A DNA stretch of 64,000 bases from an uncultured Elusimicrobia bacterium. GTDB lineage: Bacteria; Elusimicrobiota; Elusimicrobia; 2-01-FULL-59-12. A program made the translations under genes and the position numbers. The DNA lies in assembly GCA_963702895.1 (NCBI GenBank), contig OY969767.1, positions 832,001 to 896,000 of the forward strand, written 5' to 3'. Positions within the stretch are counted from its first letter, which is position 1, and each line of letters opens with the position of its first letter. The notes under the pieces were generated by a model, which worked only from the letters and a program-made list of their open reading frames with translations, did no database searches and was not told the DNA's origin. Shown in pieces: positions 20,639-31,345 of this stretch.

Positions 20639-21748
20639 ATGTCCGAAAAAACCAACCGTCTCCTTTCCCTCGATGTCTTCCGCGGAATGACCATTGCGGC
20701 GATGATTCTTGTGAACAGTCCCGGTAACGAAACGGCCTATGCGCCGCTCGAGCACGCCGCGTGGCACGGCCTTACGCCCACCGATCTCATCTTTCCTTTT
20801 TTTGTCTTCATCGCGGGGGTCTCTCTCGTTTTCTCCTTGAGGAGGCGGCTCGAACAAGGGGAAAGCCGACAAGCCCTGCTCGTTCAAGTCGTCAAACGCA
20901 CACTCATCCTTTTTGGACTGGGGCTCTTGCTGAACGGTTTTCCACACTACAATCTTGCCGTCATTCGCATTCCAGGTGTTTTGCAGCGGATTGCCATCTG
21001 CTACTTCTTTGGCGCCCTTTTCTATCTTTGGACCAACATCTCTGTGCAGATTGCGGCGGTCTGTGCGCTCTTAGGTGGATACTGGTGGATGCTCACACAC
21101 CTCCAAACCCCCGGTTTTCCAATAGGCGATTTAACGACGGAAGGGAACTTTGCGGCCTACATCGACCGGGCCATCTTTGGCGCCCACCTCTATCGACCCG
21201 TCTATGATCCGGAAGGTTTCTTGAGCACCCTCCCCGCCATCGCGAGCGGCCTCTTAGGCAATCTGGCTGGCTACTGGCTTTCAAGCCCTGGAGCACCCGA
21301 GCGCAAGGTCACAGGGTTCTTACAATCCGGGTTTGTGTTTCTCTTGGCCGGTTGGAAATGGGGCCAATTCTTTCCCTTGAACAAGGCCCTCTGGTCCAGT
21401 TCCTACGTCCTCCTGTCCACGGGCTGGGCGCTCGTCGTCTTTGGGGTCGTCTATGGACTCGTGGAAATCAAGGGTTGGAAGAAGTGGTCCAAGCCTTTTG
21501 AAATCTTGGGCAAAAACGCCGTCGCGCTCTATGTGTTGCACATCTTATTCCTGAAGCTTCAGAACCTTTGGCACATGCCCAGGCTTGACGGGACGCCCGG
21601 CAATCTGCGGCTTTTCCTTTCGGACCATCTCTTTCGTCCGTTCCTGAGCGCTCAGAACGCTTCCCTGGCCTACGCCCTCGGCTATACCCTCCTGTGGCTG
21701 GCCTTCTTCTGGTACTTGTACCGTCGCAAAGTGTTTATTCGCATATAG
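20639..21748 (+). CDS. Heparan-alpha-glucosaminide N-acetyltransferase-like (NagX/DUF5009) membrane protein
   Basis: RLLSLDVFRG, HAAWHG.TPTDLIFP, GVLQRI, DPEG, NKALWS. Confidence 0.88.
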   Translation: MSEKTNRLLSLDVFRGMTIAAMILVNSPGNETAYAPLEHAAWHGLTPTDLIFPFFVFIAGVSLVFSLRRRLEQGESRQALLVQVVKRTLILFGLGLLLNGFPHYNLAVIRIPGVLQRIAICYFFGALFYLWTNISVQIAAVCALLGGYWWMLTHLQTPGFPIGDLTTEGNFAAYIDRAIFGAHLYRPVYDPEGFLSTLPAIASGLLGNLAGYWLSSPGAPERKVTGFLQSGFVFLLAGWKWGQFFPLNKALWSSSYVLLSTGWALVVFGVVYGLVEIKGWKKWSKPFEILGKNAVALYVLHILFLKLQNLWHMPRLDGTPGNLRLFLSDHLFRPFLSAQNASLAYALGYTLLWLAFFWYLYRRKVFIRI

Positions 21749-21794
21749 TAAAATACGCTTCCATCAGAAAAGTAAACGCTGAAAGGACCGTGTT

Positions 21795-22946
21795 ATGGTG
21801 TTAAGTCAGGAAGAAATCCTGCGATACAGCCGTCATTTGATGATGCCCGAGGTGGGTGTTGAAGGCCAGGAAAAGCTCAAAAAAGCGAGTGTTTTGATTA
21901 TGGGTTGTGGTGGCCTGGGTTCTCCCTTGTCCATTTATCTGGCGGCGGCAGGGATAGGGCGGCTGGGCTTAGTTGATTCTGACCTGGCCGATTTGACCAA
22001 TCTCCAGCGACAGGTGGCTTTCGGCACAAAGGATGTGGGCCGGCCCAAAGTCGAGGCCACCCAGGACCGCATCGGTTCCATCAACCCGAACGTCCAGGTC
22101 ACCCCCTACCGGACCAAACTCTCGTCTGAGAACGCCCTGGGCATCTTGCAAGAATACGACGTCATCATCGATGGAACCGATAATTTCCCAAGCCGCTACC
22201 TCATCAACGATGCCTGTGTCTTACTCAAGAAACCCAATGTGTATGGGAGTGTGTTTCGCTTTGAGGGTCAGGCGACCATCTTCTGGGGTGAAAAGGGGCC
22301 CTGTTACCGCTGTCTTCATCCGGAACCACCCTCGCCGGGGATGGTGCCATCCTGTGCCGAAGGCGGCGTGCTGGGGATTTTGCCGGGCACGATCGCTCTC
22401 ATTCAGGCGACCGAGGCCATCAAGTTGATCTTGGGCAAAGGCGAACCGCTCATCGGTCGTCTCCTTCTTTACAATGCGTTGGACATGAAGTTTCGAGAAG
22501 TGAAGCTCCAGAAGGACCCGGAATGCCCCGTGTGCGGCAAACATCCGACCGTCACGCATCTCATCGATTACGAGCAGTTTTGCGGTATGGCCCTCGGGCA
22601 GGAACAAGCCCCCGCGCGCGCCCACGGCATCGCTGAGATCACAGCCCGGGAGCTTAAGGTCAAGATGGATCGAAAGGACAAGTTTCTCCTTGTGGATGTC
22701 CGGGAACCGCAGGAGTATCAACTCGCCAAGATCCCCGGCGCCAAGCTCATCCCCCTCGGGGAGGTGGCCCAGCGCGCGCGGGAGCTGGATCGCGCTGATG
22801 AGATTGTGGTCCATTGCCGGTCGGGTGCTCGCAGCGCCCAGGCGATCGAGGAGCTTCAAAACCTTGGTTTTACGCGCTTGAAGAACCTCAAAGGCGGCAT
22901 CCTCGCGTGGTCTCAGGATGTCGATGCTTCGGTGCCTCAGTATTGA
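21795..22946 (+). CDS. moeB: MoeB/ThiF adenylyltransferase fused to rhodanese (MoeZ type)
   Basis: RYSRH, GCGGLG, NLQRQ, PCYRCL, PSCAEGGVLG, CPVCG; rhodanese HCRSG..S. Confidence 0.92.
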   Translation: MVLSQEEILRYSRHLMMPEVGVEGQEKLKKASVLIMGCGGLGSPLSIYLAAAGIGRLGLVDSDLADLTNLQRQVAFGTKDVGRPKVEATQDRIGSINPNVQVTPYRTKLSSENALGILQEYDVIIDGTDNFPSRYLINDACVLLKKPNVYGSVFRFEGQATIFWGEKGPCYRCLHPEPPSPGMVPSCAEGGVLGILPGTIALIQATEAIKLILGKGEPLIGRLLLYNALDMKFREVKLQKDPECPVCGKHPTVTHLIDYEQFCGMALGQEQAPARAHGIAEITARELKVKMDRKDKFLLVDVREPQEYQLAKIPGAKLIPLGEVAQRARELDRADEIVVHCRSGARSAQAIEELQNLGFTRLKNLKGGILAWSQDVDASVPQY

Positions 22947-22959
22947 TTGGCGAACATCA

Positions 22960-23053
22960 CCCTCTCCCGGCGTAAGGCGGGAGAGGGCAGGGTGAGGGCA
23001 ATGCCTTTCAGGTGCCCTCATCCCGACCTTCTCCCACCGCAGGTGGGAGAAGG
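22960..23053. repeat. Pair of REP-like palindromes
   Basis: CCCTCTCCCG..GGGAGAGGGCAGGGTGAGGG facing CCCTCATCCCGACCTTCTCCCAC..GTGGGAGAAGG. Confidence 0.7.
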
Positions 23054-23054
23054 A

Positions 23055-23079
23055 GGAACTTCTCATTAAATCGAACGTT
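23055..23079 (+). promoter_or_regulatory. ECF (SigH/SigR-like) autoregulatory promoter
   Basis: GGAAC-N16-CGTT directly upstream of the ECF sigma gene. Confidence 0.55.
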
Positions 23080-23089
23080 TATAGGGCAT

Positions 23090-23713
23090 ATGCCCGCACT
23101 TATGGAACCTCCAGCCTCTAACAAGACAATCTTCGAGCAGCAGGCGCTCAAATATCTCGATGAGCTCTTCGCCTCGGCTGTGCGCATGACCAAAAACAAA
23201 CAGTTGGCCGAAGACCTTTTAAGCGAAACCTACACCAAGGCCTGGAAGGCTTTCGGAAGCTTTGAGCAGGGCACGAACCTCCGGGCCTGGCTCTACAAAA
23301 TTCTGACCAACACGTATATCAATCAATACCGCCACAAACAGCGCTCGCCCTTGATGGTGGAACTCGACAAGCCGCAAAACCCTGACTCAAGCGCGGGCGG
23401 TGATCTCTATGACCGGATCCTCGGGGCAAGCCCCAACCCGTTTGATTACCCCGACCAAGCTCTGGCCAATCGAATCCTGGGCCAGGACCTCAAGAAAGCG
23501 ATTGATGAACTCCCCGATGAGTTTCGGATGGCGGTCATCCTCTCGGATGTCCAGAATTTCTCCTATCAGGAAATCGCTGATATCTTATCGGTCCCGATTG
23601 GCACGGTGCGCTCCCGCCTTTGGCGTGGGCGGAGGCTCCTCCAGAAGGCGCTCTGGAAGCAGGCGGTCGAGTCCGGTCTCGTCAAAGAAAAAGAGGGGGA
23701 GGCTGCTTTATGA
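23090..23713 (+). CDS. ECF RNA polymerase sigma factor, SigH/SigR-like
   Basis: AEDL..ETY.KA, GTNLRAWLYKILTNTYIN, FSYQEIA, GTVRSRL; start 23090 or 23102. Confidence 0.9.
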   Translation: MPALMEPPASNKTIFEQQALKYLDELFASAVRMTKNKQLAEDLLSETYTKAWKAFGSFEQGTNLRAWLYKILTNTYINQYRHKQRSPLMVELDKPQNPDSSAGGDLYDRILGASPNPFDYPDQALANRILGQDLKKAIDELPDEFRMAVILSDVQNFSYQEIADILSVPIGTVRSRLWRGRRLLQKALWKQAVESGLVKEKEGEAAL

Positions 23714-23940
23714 ACTGTGAAGAATGGTTTGAGCGCCTTTACCAGATCTTGGATCGCGATCTCGATGAGTCTCTTTGGCTGGACCTCGAGCGCCATATGA
23801 GAGCGTGTCGCCCGTGCCTGGAGCGCTTTGAGTTTGAAAAGCGGATCCAAGACCATCTCAAGAAATCCTGCTGTGAAGAGACCTGCACGGAATCCATCCG
23901 GGTCCGCATCCGGGCCATCATCGAAGAGTCCCAGGATTAG
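23710..23940 (+). CDS. Cytoplasmic zinc anti-sigma factor (RshA/RsrA-like, zf-HC2)
   Basis: MNC..., HxxxCxxC (HMRACRPC), extra Cys, no TM segment; ATGA overlap. Confidence 0.88.
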   Translation: MNCEEWFERLYQILDRDLDESLWLDLERHMRACRPCLERFEFEKRIQDHLKKSCCEETCTESIRVRIRAIIEESQD

Positions 23941-23943
23941 CGG

Positions 23944-24777
23944 GTGCTGTTTCTTTACCAATCGCTGCAATTTATTTTCAAGTATGCAATTCCCTCCGCG
24001 GCCCGGTATAAGACCGCCCGGATTTTGGCACGTCTTGTCTATGGCCTGAATTTCTCCCGTCGGCAAGTCCTGGTCCGAAATCTTGAGCCTCTGGTGGGGC
24101 CGACGCGCGCGAAGGTGGTGGCGCCGCAGCTTCTTGCCAACTTCGCCATGACCTCGGTCGATTTCTTTTGCCCGCGCGGGGAGCTTCTTCGAAACCTGCA
24201 GGTCGACCATGCGGAAATTGTCGACACGACCTTAAAGCGGTTCAAGAAGGTCATCTTGGTGACGGCGCATATCGGCAATTGGGAATTGGGGATGAATTAT
24301 TTGTTCAACAAAGGGTACCCGATGACGGGGCTCTACGCGCTCTACCGTGAAGATTCTGTGGTCCGCTGGATTCTCGGACAGCGCGAGAAGAGCGTGCAAT
24401 GGATCCCAGCGAGCCGTGGCGCGGCGCAGGACTGTCTCCAGGCTCTTGAGAACGGTCGGCTCCTCGCGCTTGCGGCCGATATCCCTTTTGGCGAAAAAGG
24501 GAGGCTTGTGCCCCTGGCGAAGGGTTGGACGCGTATGCCTCTAGGCCCTTGGTTTGTGGCCGCTCGCGCTCAGGCCGCTGTCATCCCGGGTTTTATCCTG
24601 CGGCAGCGACCTGGCTTCTACCGCTTGACCTTTTATGATCCGATCCTCCCAGCGTCCGGTCTCTTGCGCAGGGAAGTCCTTCGCATGCAGGACCATTTTC
24701 GAGTTCAGTTTGAACGCGCTCTCCTCATCAATCCTGAACAGTGGGGCGTTCTCCACCCTTATTGGGAAAGAACATGA
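23944..24777 (+). CDS. Lipid A/lysophospholipid acyltransferase family protein
   Basis: LVTAHIGNWE (HxxxxE) motif, LALAAD. Confidence 0.8.
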   Translation: MLFLYQSLQFIFKYAIPSAARYKTARILARLVYGLNFSRRQVLVRNLEPLVGPTRAKVVAPQLLANFAMTSVDFFCPRGELLRNLQVDHAEIVDTTLKRFKKVILVTAHIGNWELGMNYLFNKGYPMTGLYALYREDSVVRWILGQREKSVQWIPASRGAAQDCLQALENGRLLALAADIPFGEKGRLVPLAKGWTRMPLGPWFVAARAQAAVIPGFILRQRPGFYRLTFYDPILPASGLLRREVLRMQDHFRVQFERALLINPEQWGVLHPYWERT

Positions 24778-27065
24778 AGAGGGGCCGTCTCTGGCTTTGG
24801 CTTCTGTCTGCTTGTCTGGCGACGGGTCTTTTGCTGGCCGGAATCACCCTCTATTTTCTTCTTCGAGAACGAAACACGCTCTCAAACCTTCTCCGTTCGG
24901 AGTCCGTCCCCGCTTCCACCACCATCTATAGCCGCTTCTTGGACCTCCAGCCTGGGGATCGGCTGAGCCGTGAGCGCGTCACACGATGGCTTGAGATGCT
25001 CGGTTACAAGCGCATCGCAGGGGTTCCTCAAGAACCGGGATCCTTCGCGGCCGATGGGTCTTCCCTCATCATCTTTACACGTTCCTTCGCCTATCCGGAC
25101 AAGGACTACCCCGCGCAACGGATGCGTATGGAGTTTTCGAGCGGAAAGCTGGAGCAGCTGAAGGCCCTCTCTGGCGACGCCAACTTGGCGGCTTGGCGGC
25201 TTGAACCCGGGGTGCTCGCCGAATGGGAGGCTTACGCGAAGTCCCCCAAAATGCGCGTTCGGGTGGCGGAACTCCCGCCGCATGTGCCGCGCGCGGTTCT
25301 CGCCATGGAAGATAAACGCTTTTATCAACATGGCGCCTTTGATCTTTTTGGCATCGCGCGCGCCTTATGGGTGAACCTGCGCCACGCGTCACTCCAGCAG
25401 GGGGCCAGTACCATCACGCAGCAGCTCGCCCGTTCCATCTTTCTGGACGTGCGCCGGACGTGGCGGAGGAAATTCCTCGAGGCCATTCTCGCGGGTTATC
25501 TCGAGATCCGCTATTCCAAGTCGCAGCTCTTGGAGATGTATCTGAATCAGGTGTATTGGGGGCAGGACGGCGCGAAGTCGCTCATCGGAATGGAAGCGGC
25601 CAGCCAGTCGCTCTTCGGCAAACCCGCGCGAAAGATGACCGTGGCTGAAAGTGCGATGTTGGCGGGGATGCTTCAATCCCCGCGCCGCTACTCTGCGCGG
25701 CATTCGCCCGCTCTCTCGGAAGAGCGCAAACGACTCGTGCTCGGCCTCATGCGGGACCAGGAATTTATTTCTGAAGAGCAGTACAGAACAGCGCTGTATG
25801 AAAAAATCTTCCTCGCACCTCAGAAAGAGGCCAGTTCTTCTTCGTATTTTCTCGCCCGGCTGCGGGCCGACCTTTCCGAGCACTATGAAATGACCGCCCT
25901 CTTAAACCAGGGCTGGCGCATTTTCACGACGCTGGATCCCCTGCTGCAGAAGGAGGCGGTCGCGGCGGTCCCCTCACGCCCCCCTCTGCCCAAGGCGGAG
26001 GGTGTGGCCCGAAGGATGGCGAGTGAGGGTCCGCAAACGGGCTTGGTGGCCCTTGATCCACGCTCGGGCGCGGTACGTGCGTGGGTGGGAGGGACCCATT
26101 TTCTGACCCATCCGTTCGACCATGTTTCCGAGGCAAAACGCCAGCCGGGCTCCGCGTTTAAACCCTTTGTGGCGCTGGCTGCGCTTGATAGCCAAGAGGT
26201 CACTTGCGCGACGCTCCTCGAAGACTTGCCGCTGACGCTCAAGGGCCAGACAGGTCCCTGGAGTCCGAAGAATTACGACCGACAATATCGCGGGGAAGTT
26301 TCACTTTGGGAGAGCCTCGTCCATTCCATGAATGTTCCCATGGTGCGTCTGGCCATGCGCGTCGGGATTGGGAGCGTCATCGAAGTGGCAAGCCGCGCCG
26401 GGATCACGAGTCCCTTGCGTGAGGATCTCTCGCTTGCCCTGGGATCTTCTGAGGTTTCGCTCCTGGAGCTGACGAGTGCCTACGGTGTGTTCTCCAGCGG
26501 TGGCAAACGGATCGTTCCTTACAGTGTGGAGTCGATCGTCACACGGGAGGCTCGACTCATCGAGGCCCATCGTGACATGACAGCGCCGGCCTTTCGTCCG
26601 CAGGTGGTTTATCTCGTGACGTGGATGCTCTCTGCTGTCCTCGAAGAGGGGACAGGTCGCGCCTCCCGGACGATGGGATTTGCGCTGCCGGCGGCGGGCA
26701 AAACCGGAACATCGGAAAATTACCACGACGCGTGGTTGATTGGCTACACGAGCGTCCTTTTGAGCGGCGTCTGGGTCGGACATGACTTGCCCAAGCCTTT
26801 AGGAAGATCCTCCGCCAGCATCGCGCTGCCGATCTGGGTTGAGTTTATGAAAAGGGCATCGGTCTTGGACGCGCCGGAAGCTTTCTCGGAGCCAGAAGGT
26901 CTCGTGTGGAAAACAATTGACCCCCTCTCGGGCCTGCTCAGGCGCACCGGATGTTTAAAGAGGCGAAAAATGTTATTTCTGCGGGGGACGGAACCCACCC
27001 AGGATTGTCCGGCGCATGCCGGCGGGATCAAGGGGTTCTTTGATCGTTGGCGGGCGAAAACGTGA
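24774..27065 (+). CDS. mrcB: Penicillin-binding protein 1B-like (UB2H, transglycosylase, transpeptidase)
   Basis: EDKRFYQH, GASTITQQL, YLN, RQPGSAFKP, SMN, AGKTGT. Confidence 0.88.
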   Translation: MKRGRLWLWLLSACLATGLLLAGITLYFLLRERNTLSNLLRSESVPASTTIYSRFLDLQPGDRLSRERVTRWLEMLGYKRIAGVPQEPGSFAADGSSLIIFTRSFAYPDKDYPAQRMRMEFSSGKLEQLKALSGDANLAAWRLEPGVLAEWEAYAKSPKMRVRVAELPPHVPRAVLAMEDKRFYQHGAFDLFGIARALWVNLRHASLQQGASTITQQLARSIFLDVRRTWRRKFLEAILAGYLEIRYSKSQLLEMYLNQVYWGQDGAKSLIGMEAASQSLFGKPARKMTVAESAMLAGMLQSPRRYSARHSPALSEERKRLVLGLMRDQEFISEEQYRTALYEKIFLAPQKEASSSSYFLARLRADLSEHYEMTALLNQGWRIFTTLDPLLQKEAVAAVPSRPPLPKAEGVARRMASEGPQTGLVALDPRSGAVRAWVGGTHFLTHPFDHVSEAKRQPGSAFKPFVALAALDSQEVTCATLLEDLPLTLKGQTGPWSPKNYDRQYRGEVSLWESLVHSMNVPMVRLAMRVGIGSVIEVASRAGITSPLREDLSLALGSSEVSLLELTSAYGVFSSGGKRIVPYSVESIVTREARLIEAHRDMTAPAFRPQVVYLVTWMLSAVLEEGTGRASRTMGFALPAAGKTGTSENYHDAWLIGYTSVLLSGVWVGHDLPKPLGRSSASIALPIWVEFMKRASVLDAPEAFSEPEGLVWKTIDPLSGLLRRTGCLKRRKMLFLRGTEPTQDCPAHAGGIKGFFDRWRAKT

Positions 27066-28179
27066 AAGGTTCATCAAGGTAAAGGGCCGCTTCCCGATGC
27101 AGGCCCCAGAGATCCGGGCCGGTCATGGCACGACGGTATTCGACCAGCGCTTTCTCACGCTCTGCTTTCAAATCATAGATCTGCCCCAGGCGCAGCCTCG
27201 CAAAACTCACCCAGCGGCTCTTGGCATCTGTTTCCGCGATGATCTTTCGCATCTGTTTCTCCGCGTCCTCCAGGTCATGCTTCCCAAAGAATTCCGCGAC
27301 CCCCAGGCCATAGCGAGCGGGGGAAGTATAGTGCTTCGTAAACCACGGGATTTCGCTCTCTGCGTTTTTCAGGAAACGCTCCGCTTCCGGGATCATCTTC
27401 TCCCAGGCCTTCATGGTGTAGAGAACGCTGACCTTGATGAGGTGCATGACGGGGCTTTTCGGAAATTCCTTGTGAAGCGCTTCGGCAATGGTCAGGGCCT
27501 TTTCAGGAGTGTTTTCTTCGCTGGTATAAATTTCAATTAAAAAACACATGGCTTCCACCCTGGCATGTTCACCTTTTTCGATAGCGAGCTGGAGTTCCGA
27601 GAGGCCGCGCTCTTTGTCGCCGCCAATGAGCATGGCGGCCAGGACCGCCTGAATGCCGGAAAGCGTATCGGTGTAATAGTCATAGATGCCTAACCCCAGG
27701 TAAGCGTCGTAAAGTTCGGGGTCGAGCTTGATCGCTTGCTTGAGCATTTTGTGGCCGCGCTTGCCAGCGAAGTAGGCGCTGACCCATTCTTCTTGGATCA
27801 CCAGCCACCGTCCCCAGAGACCTTCGGCGCCACCCCAATAGAGAGAGGCTTTCGCCTGCACCCGTGGATCCGAGGAAGAGTCGTAGAGCTTCTTCGCCAC
27901 GGCGATCGTGCGCTGAGCATTCTCTTCGAGTCTGGTTTTGATCTCCGGAAGGTCGTATTCGATTTCCTGGGCCAGATGCCACCAATCCGTTGCGGTCAGG
28001 TAAAAATACCCGGCGGGATCGTCAGGGTTGGCGCGAACATAAGCATCAAAACTTTCGCGGGCTTTCTCGTACTGTGCGTGGTAGAGCCACTCCAGGCCTT
28101 GCTGGATGGTCCCTTCGGCGTGCAAAGGCGCCCCCGCCAAGGTCAAAACTCCAATACCAGTAAAGATCAAACGCTTCAT
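27028..28179 (-). CDS. Exported TPR-repeat protein
   Basis: Signal peptide; TPR-like helices (AIKLDPELYDAYLGLG). Confidence 0.78.
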   Translation of the reverse strand: MKRLIFTGIGVLTLAGAPLHAEGTIQQGLEWLYHAQYEKARESFDAYVRANPDDPAGYFYLTATDWWHLAQEIEYDLPEIKTRLEENAQRTIAVAKKLYDSSSDPRVQAKASLYWGGAEGLWGRWLVIQEEWVSAYFAGKRGHKMLKQAIKLDPELYDAYLGLGIYDYYTDTLSGIQAVLAAMLIGGDKERGLSELQLAIEKGEHARVEAMCFLIEIYTSEENTPEKALTIAEALHKEFPKSPVMHLIKVSVLYTMKAWEKMIPEAERFLKNAESEIPWFTKHYTSPARYGLGVAEFFGKHDLEDAEKQMRKIIAETDAKSRWVSFARLRLGQIYDLKAEREKALVEYRRAMTGPDLWGLHREAALYLDEPFTFSPANDQRTP

Positions 28180-28309
28180 GGAGACCAGAAGATAACAAGA
28201 GAAGCTTCGTGATGCAAGGTCACGGTGTCCTCAGGTCGTCGATCACAGGTCCTCCAATGTGATTTTTCGATTGGGGATGCCGTAGGCAAAGCGAGACTCG
28301 CTTGGCGCG

Positions 28310-29470
28310 CTATTCGTTATTCAGGTTGACGAGGAATTTTTCGATCTCAGCGGAGTCCCACTCGGCGGAACCCGCATGGCGCAGGGCAACGGCCCCCGTT
28401 TTCGATACGATAAAGGTCGTGGGTAGGCCTCCGACGCGATAAACGCTGGAAGGCTTTGGTGCGCCGATGTAGAGGGGAAGATCCAGCCCACTTTTCGCGA
28501 CGTAGGATTGAATAGGCGCCGCGTTTTCATTTGAAATGCATGCGAAGAGGATGGACGTGTTCTTCATTCGAGCATAGAGACGGGCAATGCTCGGCATTTC
28601 GGCTTTGCAGGGTCCGCACCAGGTCGCCCAGAAATTCAAAAAAAGGACACGGCCTTTATAATCTTGCAGAGAAACCGTGTTTCCGGTGAGTGAACGCAGA
28701 TCAAGATTGTAGGCATCGGGGGAAGCGGCCTCCGGCGCCGAAGGCTTCGCTCGGGGAGGGACGGAGGAAGGGGGAATGCGAACCGTCTCCACGATCGAAC
28801 CGGGTTGGTAAAATCGAAGATCCGGTGCGTTGCTCGAAAAGGCGGCGTCGCCGTGAAGCGCGGCCAGGCGGTGATTGAACTCGGCAAAGGCGGCTTCCCC
28901 GGTGGCGCAATTGGCGGCGCGCAGGAGGGGCGTCGCTTCCTCCGCTTCCTTCCGAATCCTCTCGATGTGCTGTTTGTGTTGATCTGCGAGCGCGCGGATT
29001 TGATAGGACCACCATTGCTTGGCCTCATCGGTCGCCTGCGACATGGCCTGCCATCGCGGCATCAGAATTGTAATATCGGCTTGAATGGACGACTGAGAGA
29101 AACCGCAGGCCTTGTCGGTGGGGCCGCCTTTATAGAGCATCATTTGATAAGACGTGACCGCTGGCGCACCCTGGCGCTGGGTTCCGAAGGTGTCTAAGCT
29201 TGCCGCGAGCTCTTCGGGTGTATTTCCGTAAATGTCGTAGTATTCAACCATCGCGCCGGTGATCAGGGTTTGGGCTGATACGGGTTCTGGCACGAGCTCA
29301 CGGGTCCAGGGCGAAGCCATGGTATCGACTTCGGAGTCTTGGGTTGTTGTGCGAAGCGCTTGCCCAGGGGCTTGCCTGGGGCTTTTCCGGTGATGGTGGG
29401 CGAAGGCGACCAGCACGAGGATTCCCGTGAACACCAAAAGCCCCAAGTTTCTCAAGAGCTTATAGGGCAC
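28310..29470 (-). CDS. Membrane-anchored DUF922-like plus TlpA/ResA thioredoxin fusion
   Basis: N-terminal TM; YYDIYGNT..EL and ITILMPRW; C-terminal LNFWATWCGPCKAEMP, LPTTF. Confidence 0.78.
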   Translation of the reverse strand: MPYKLLRNLGLLVFTGILVLVAFAHHHRKSPRQAPGQALRTTTQDSEVDTMASPWTRELVPEPVSAQTLITGAMVEYYDIYGNTPEELAASLDTFGTQRQGAPAVTSYQMMLYKGGPTDKACGFSQSSIQADITILMPRWQAMSQATDEAKQWWSYQIRALADQHKQHIERIRKEAEEATPLLRAANCATGEAAFAEFNHRLAALHGDAAFSSNAPDLRFYQPGSIVETVRIPPSSVPPRAKPSAPEAASPDAYNLDLRSLTGNTVSLQDYKGRVLFLNFWATWCGPCKAEMPSIARLYARMKNTSILFACISNENAAPIQSYVAKSGLDLPLYIGAPKPSSVYRVGGLPTTFIVSKTGAVALRHAGSAEWDSAEIEKFLVNLNNE

Positions 29471-29529
29471 GATTCGTCATTCTTTCATCTTTTTCCATAA
29501 GGGGCAAATCAGCCTTCCCTGATCTGGTG

Positions 29530-29558
29530 TTGACCACGTCGGGAGAACTTGGGATAAT
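29530..29558 (+). promoter_or_regulatory. Sigma70-type promoter of the icd-ndk-rpmF-fab cluster
   Basis: TTGACC-N17-GATAAT. Confidence 0.6.
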
Positions 29559-29619
29559 ACGGCCTATTCGTTAACGCCTAGGGCGTTTTTTTTATTTCTA
29601 TTTTCTCCGAGGGAATTTC

Positions 29620-30683
<1,064 letters not shown>

Positions 30684-30684
<1 letters not shown>

Positions 30685-31124
30685 TGCAAAGAACCTGCAT
30701 CTTGGCCAAACCGGACGCCGTTTGTAAGAGCGTGGTCGGGGCTGTGGTGGCGAAACTCGAGCAGGCGGGCCTTCGGCTGCGGGCGATGAAGATGACGCGT
30801 CTGTCGGTCCAGCAAGCGGAAGAGTTTTACCAGGAGCATCACGGAAAGCCGTATTATGGGCCGCTCATCCGCTTCATCACGTCAGCGCCCCTCGTGGCCA
30901 TGGTGTGGGAGGGCGAAGAAGCGATCGCGCGGGCGCGGACGGTGATGGGTGTGACCAATTCTCCCGATGCGGCCCCTGGAAGCATACGCCGTGAGTATGG
31001 CACGAATAACCGCTACAATGCGGTGCACGGGTCCGATTCAGCCGCTTCGGCGGAGCGCGAGATCAAGTTTTTCTTCAAACCAGAAGATATTTTCACGTAC
31101 AACGATAACGACTGGAAGGTGTAG
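30684..31124 (+). CDS. ndk: Nucleoside diphosphate kinase
   Basis: KPDAV, PGSIR, NAVHGSDS. Confidence 0.95.
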
Positions 31125-31126
31125 CT

Positions 31127-31339
31127 ATGGCCAATCCAAAGAAACATCACAGCGCCGCGAGGCGAGATAAGCGAAGAGCCAACTGGAAACGCCTGGAACT
31201 TCCCGGCTTCTCCAAGTGCGCGCAGTGCGGGACGCTCCACATCCCTCATCGCGTCTGTCCGGGCTGCGGCTTTTATAAGGGCCAGCTCGTGGTCGCGGTG
31301 GCTGAAAAGAAGAAGAAGGGCGAAGAAGGTCAGTCCTAA
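31127..31339 (+). CDS. rpmF: 50S ribosomal protein L32 (zinc-binding form)
   Basis: MANPKK.HS..RRDKRR, CAQC..PHRVCPGCGFY. Confidence 0.95.
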   Translation: MANPKKHHSAARRDKRRANWKRLELPGFSKCAQCGTLHIPHRVCPGCGFYKGQLVVAVAEKKKKGEEGQS

Positions 31340-31345
31340 TCTTTC

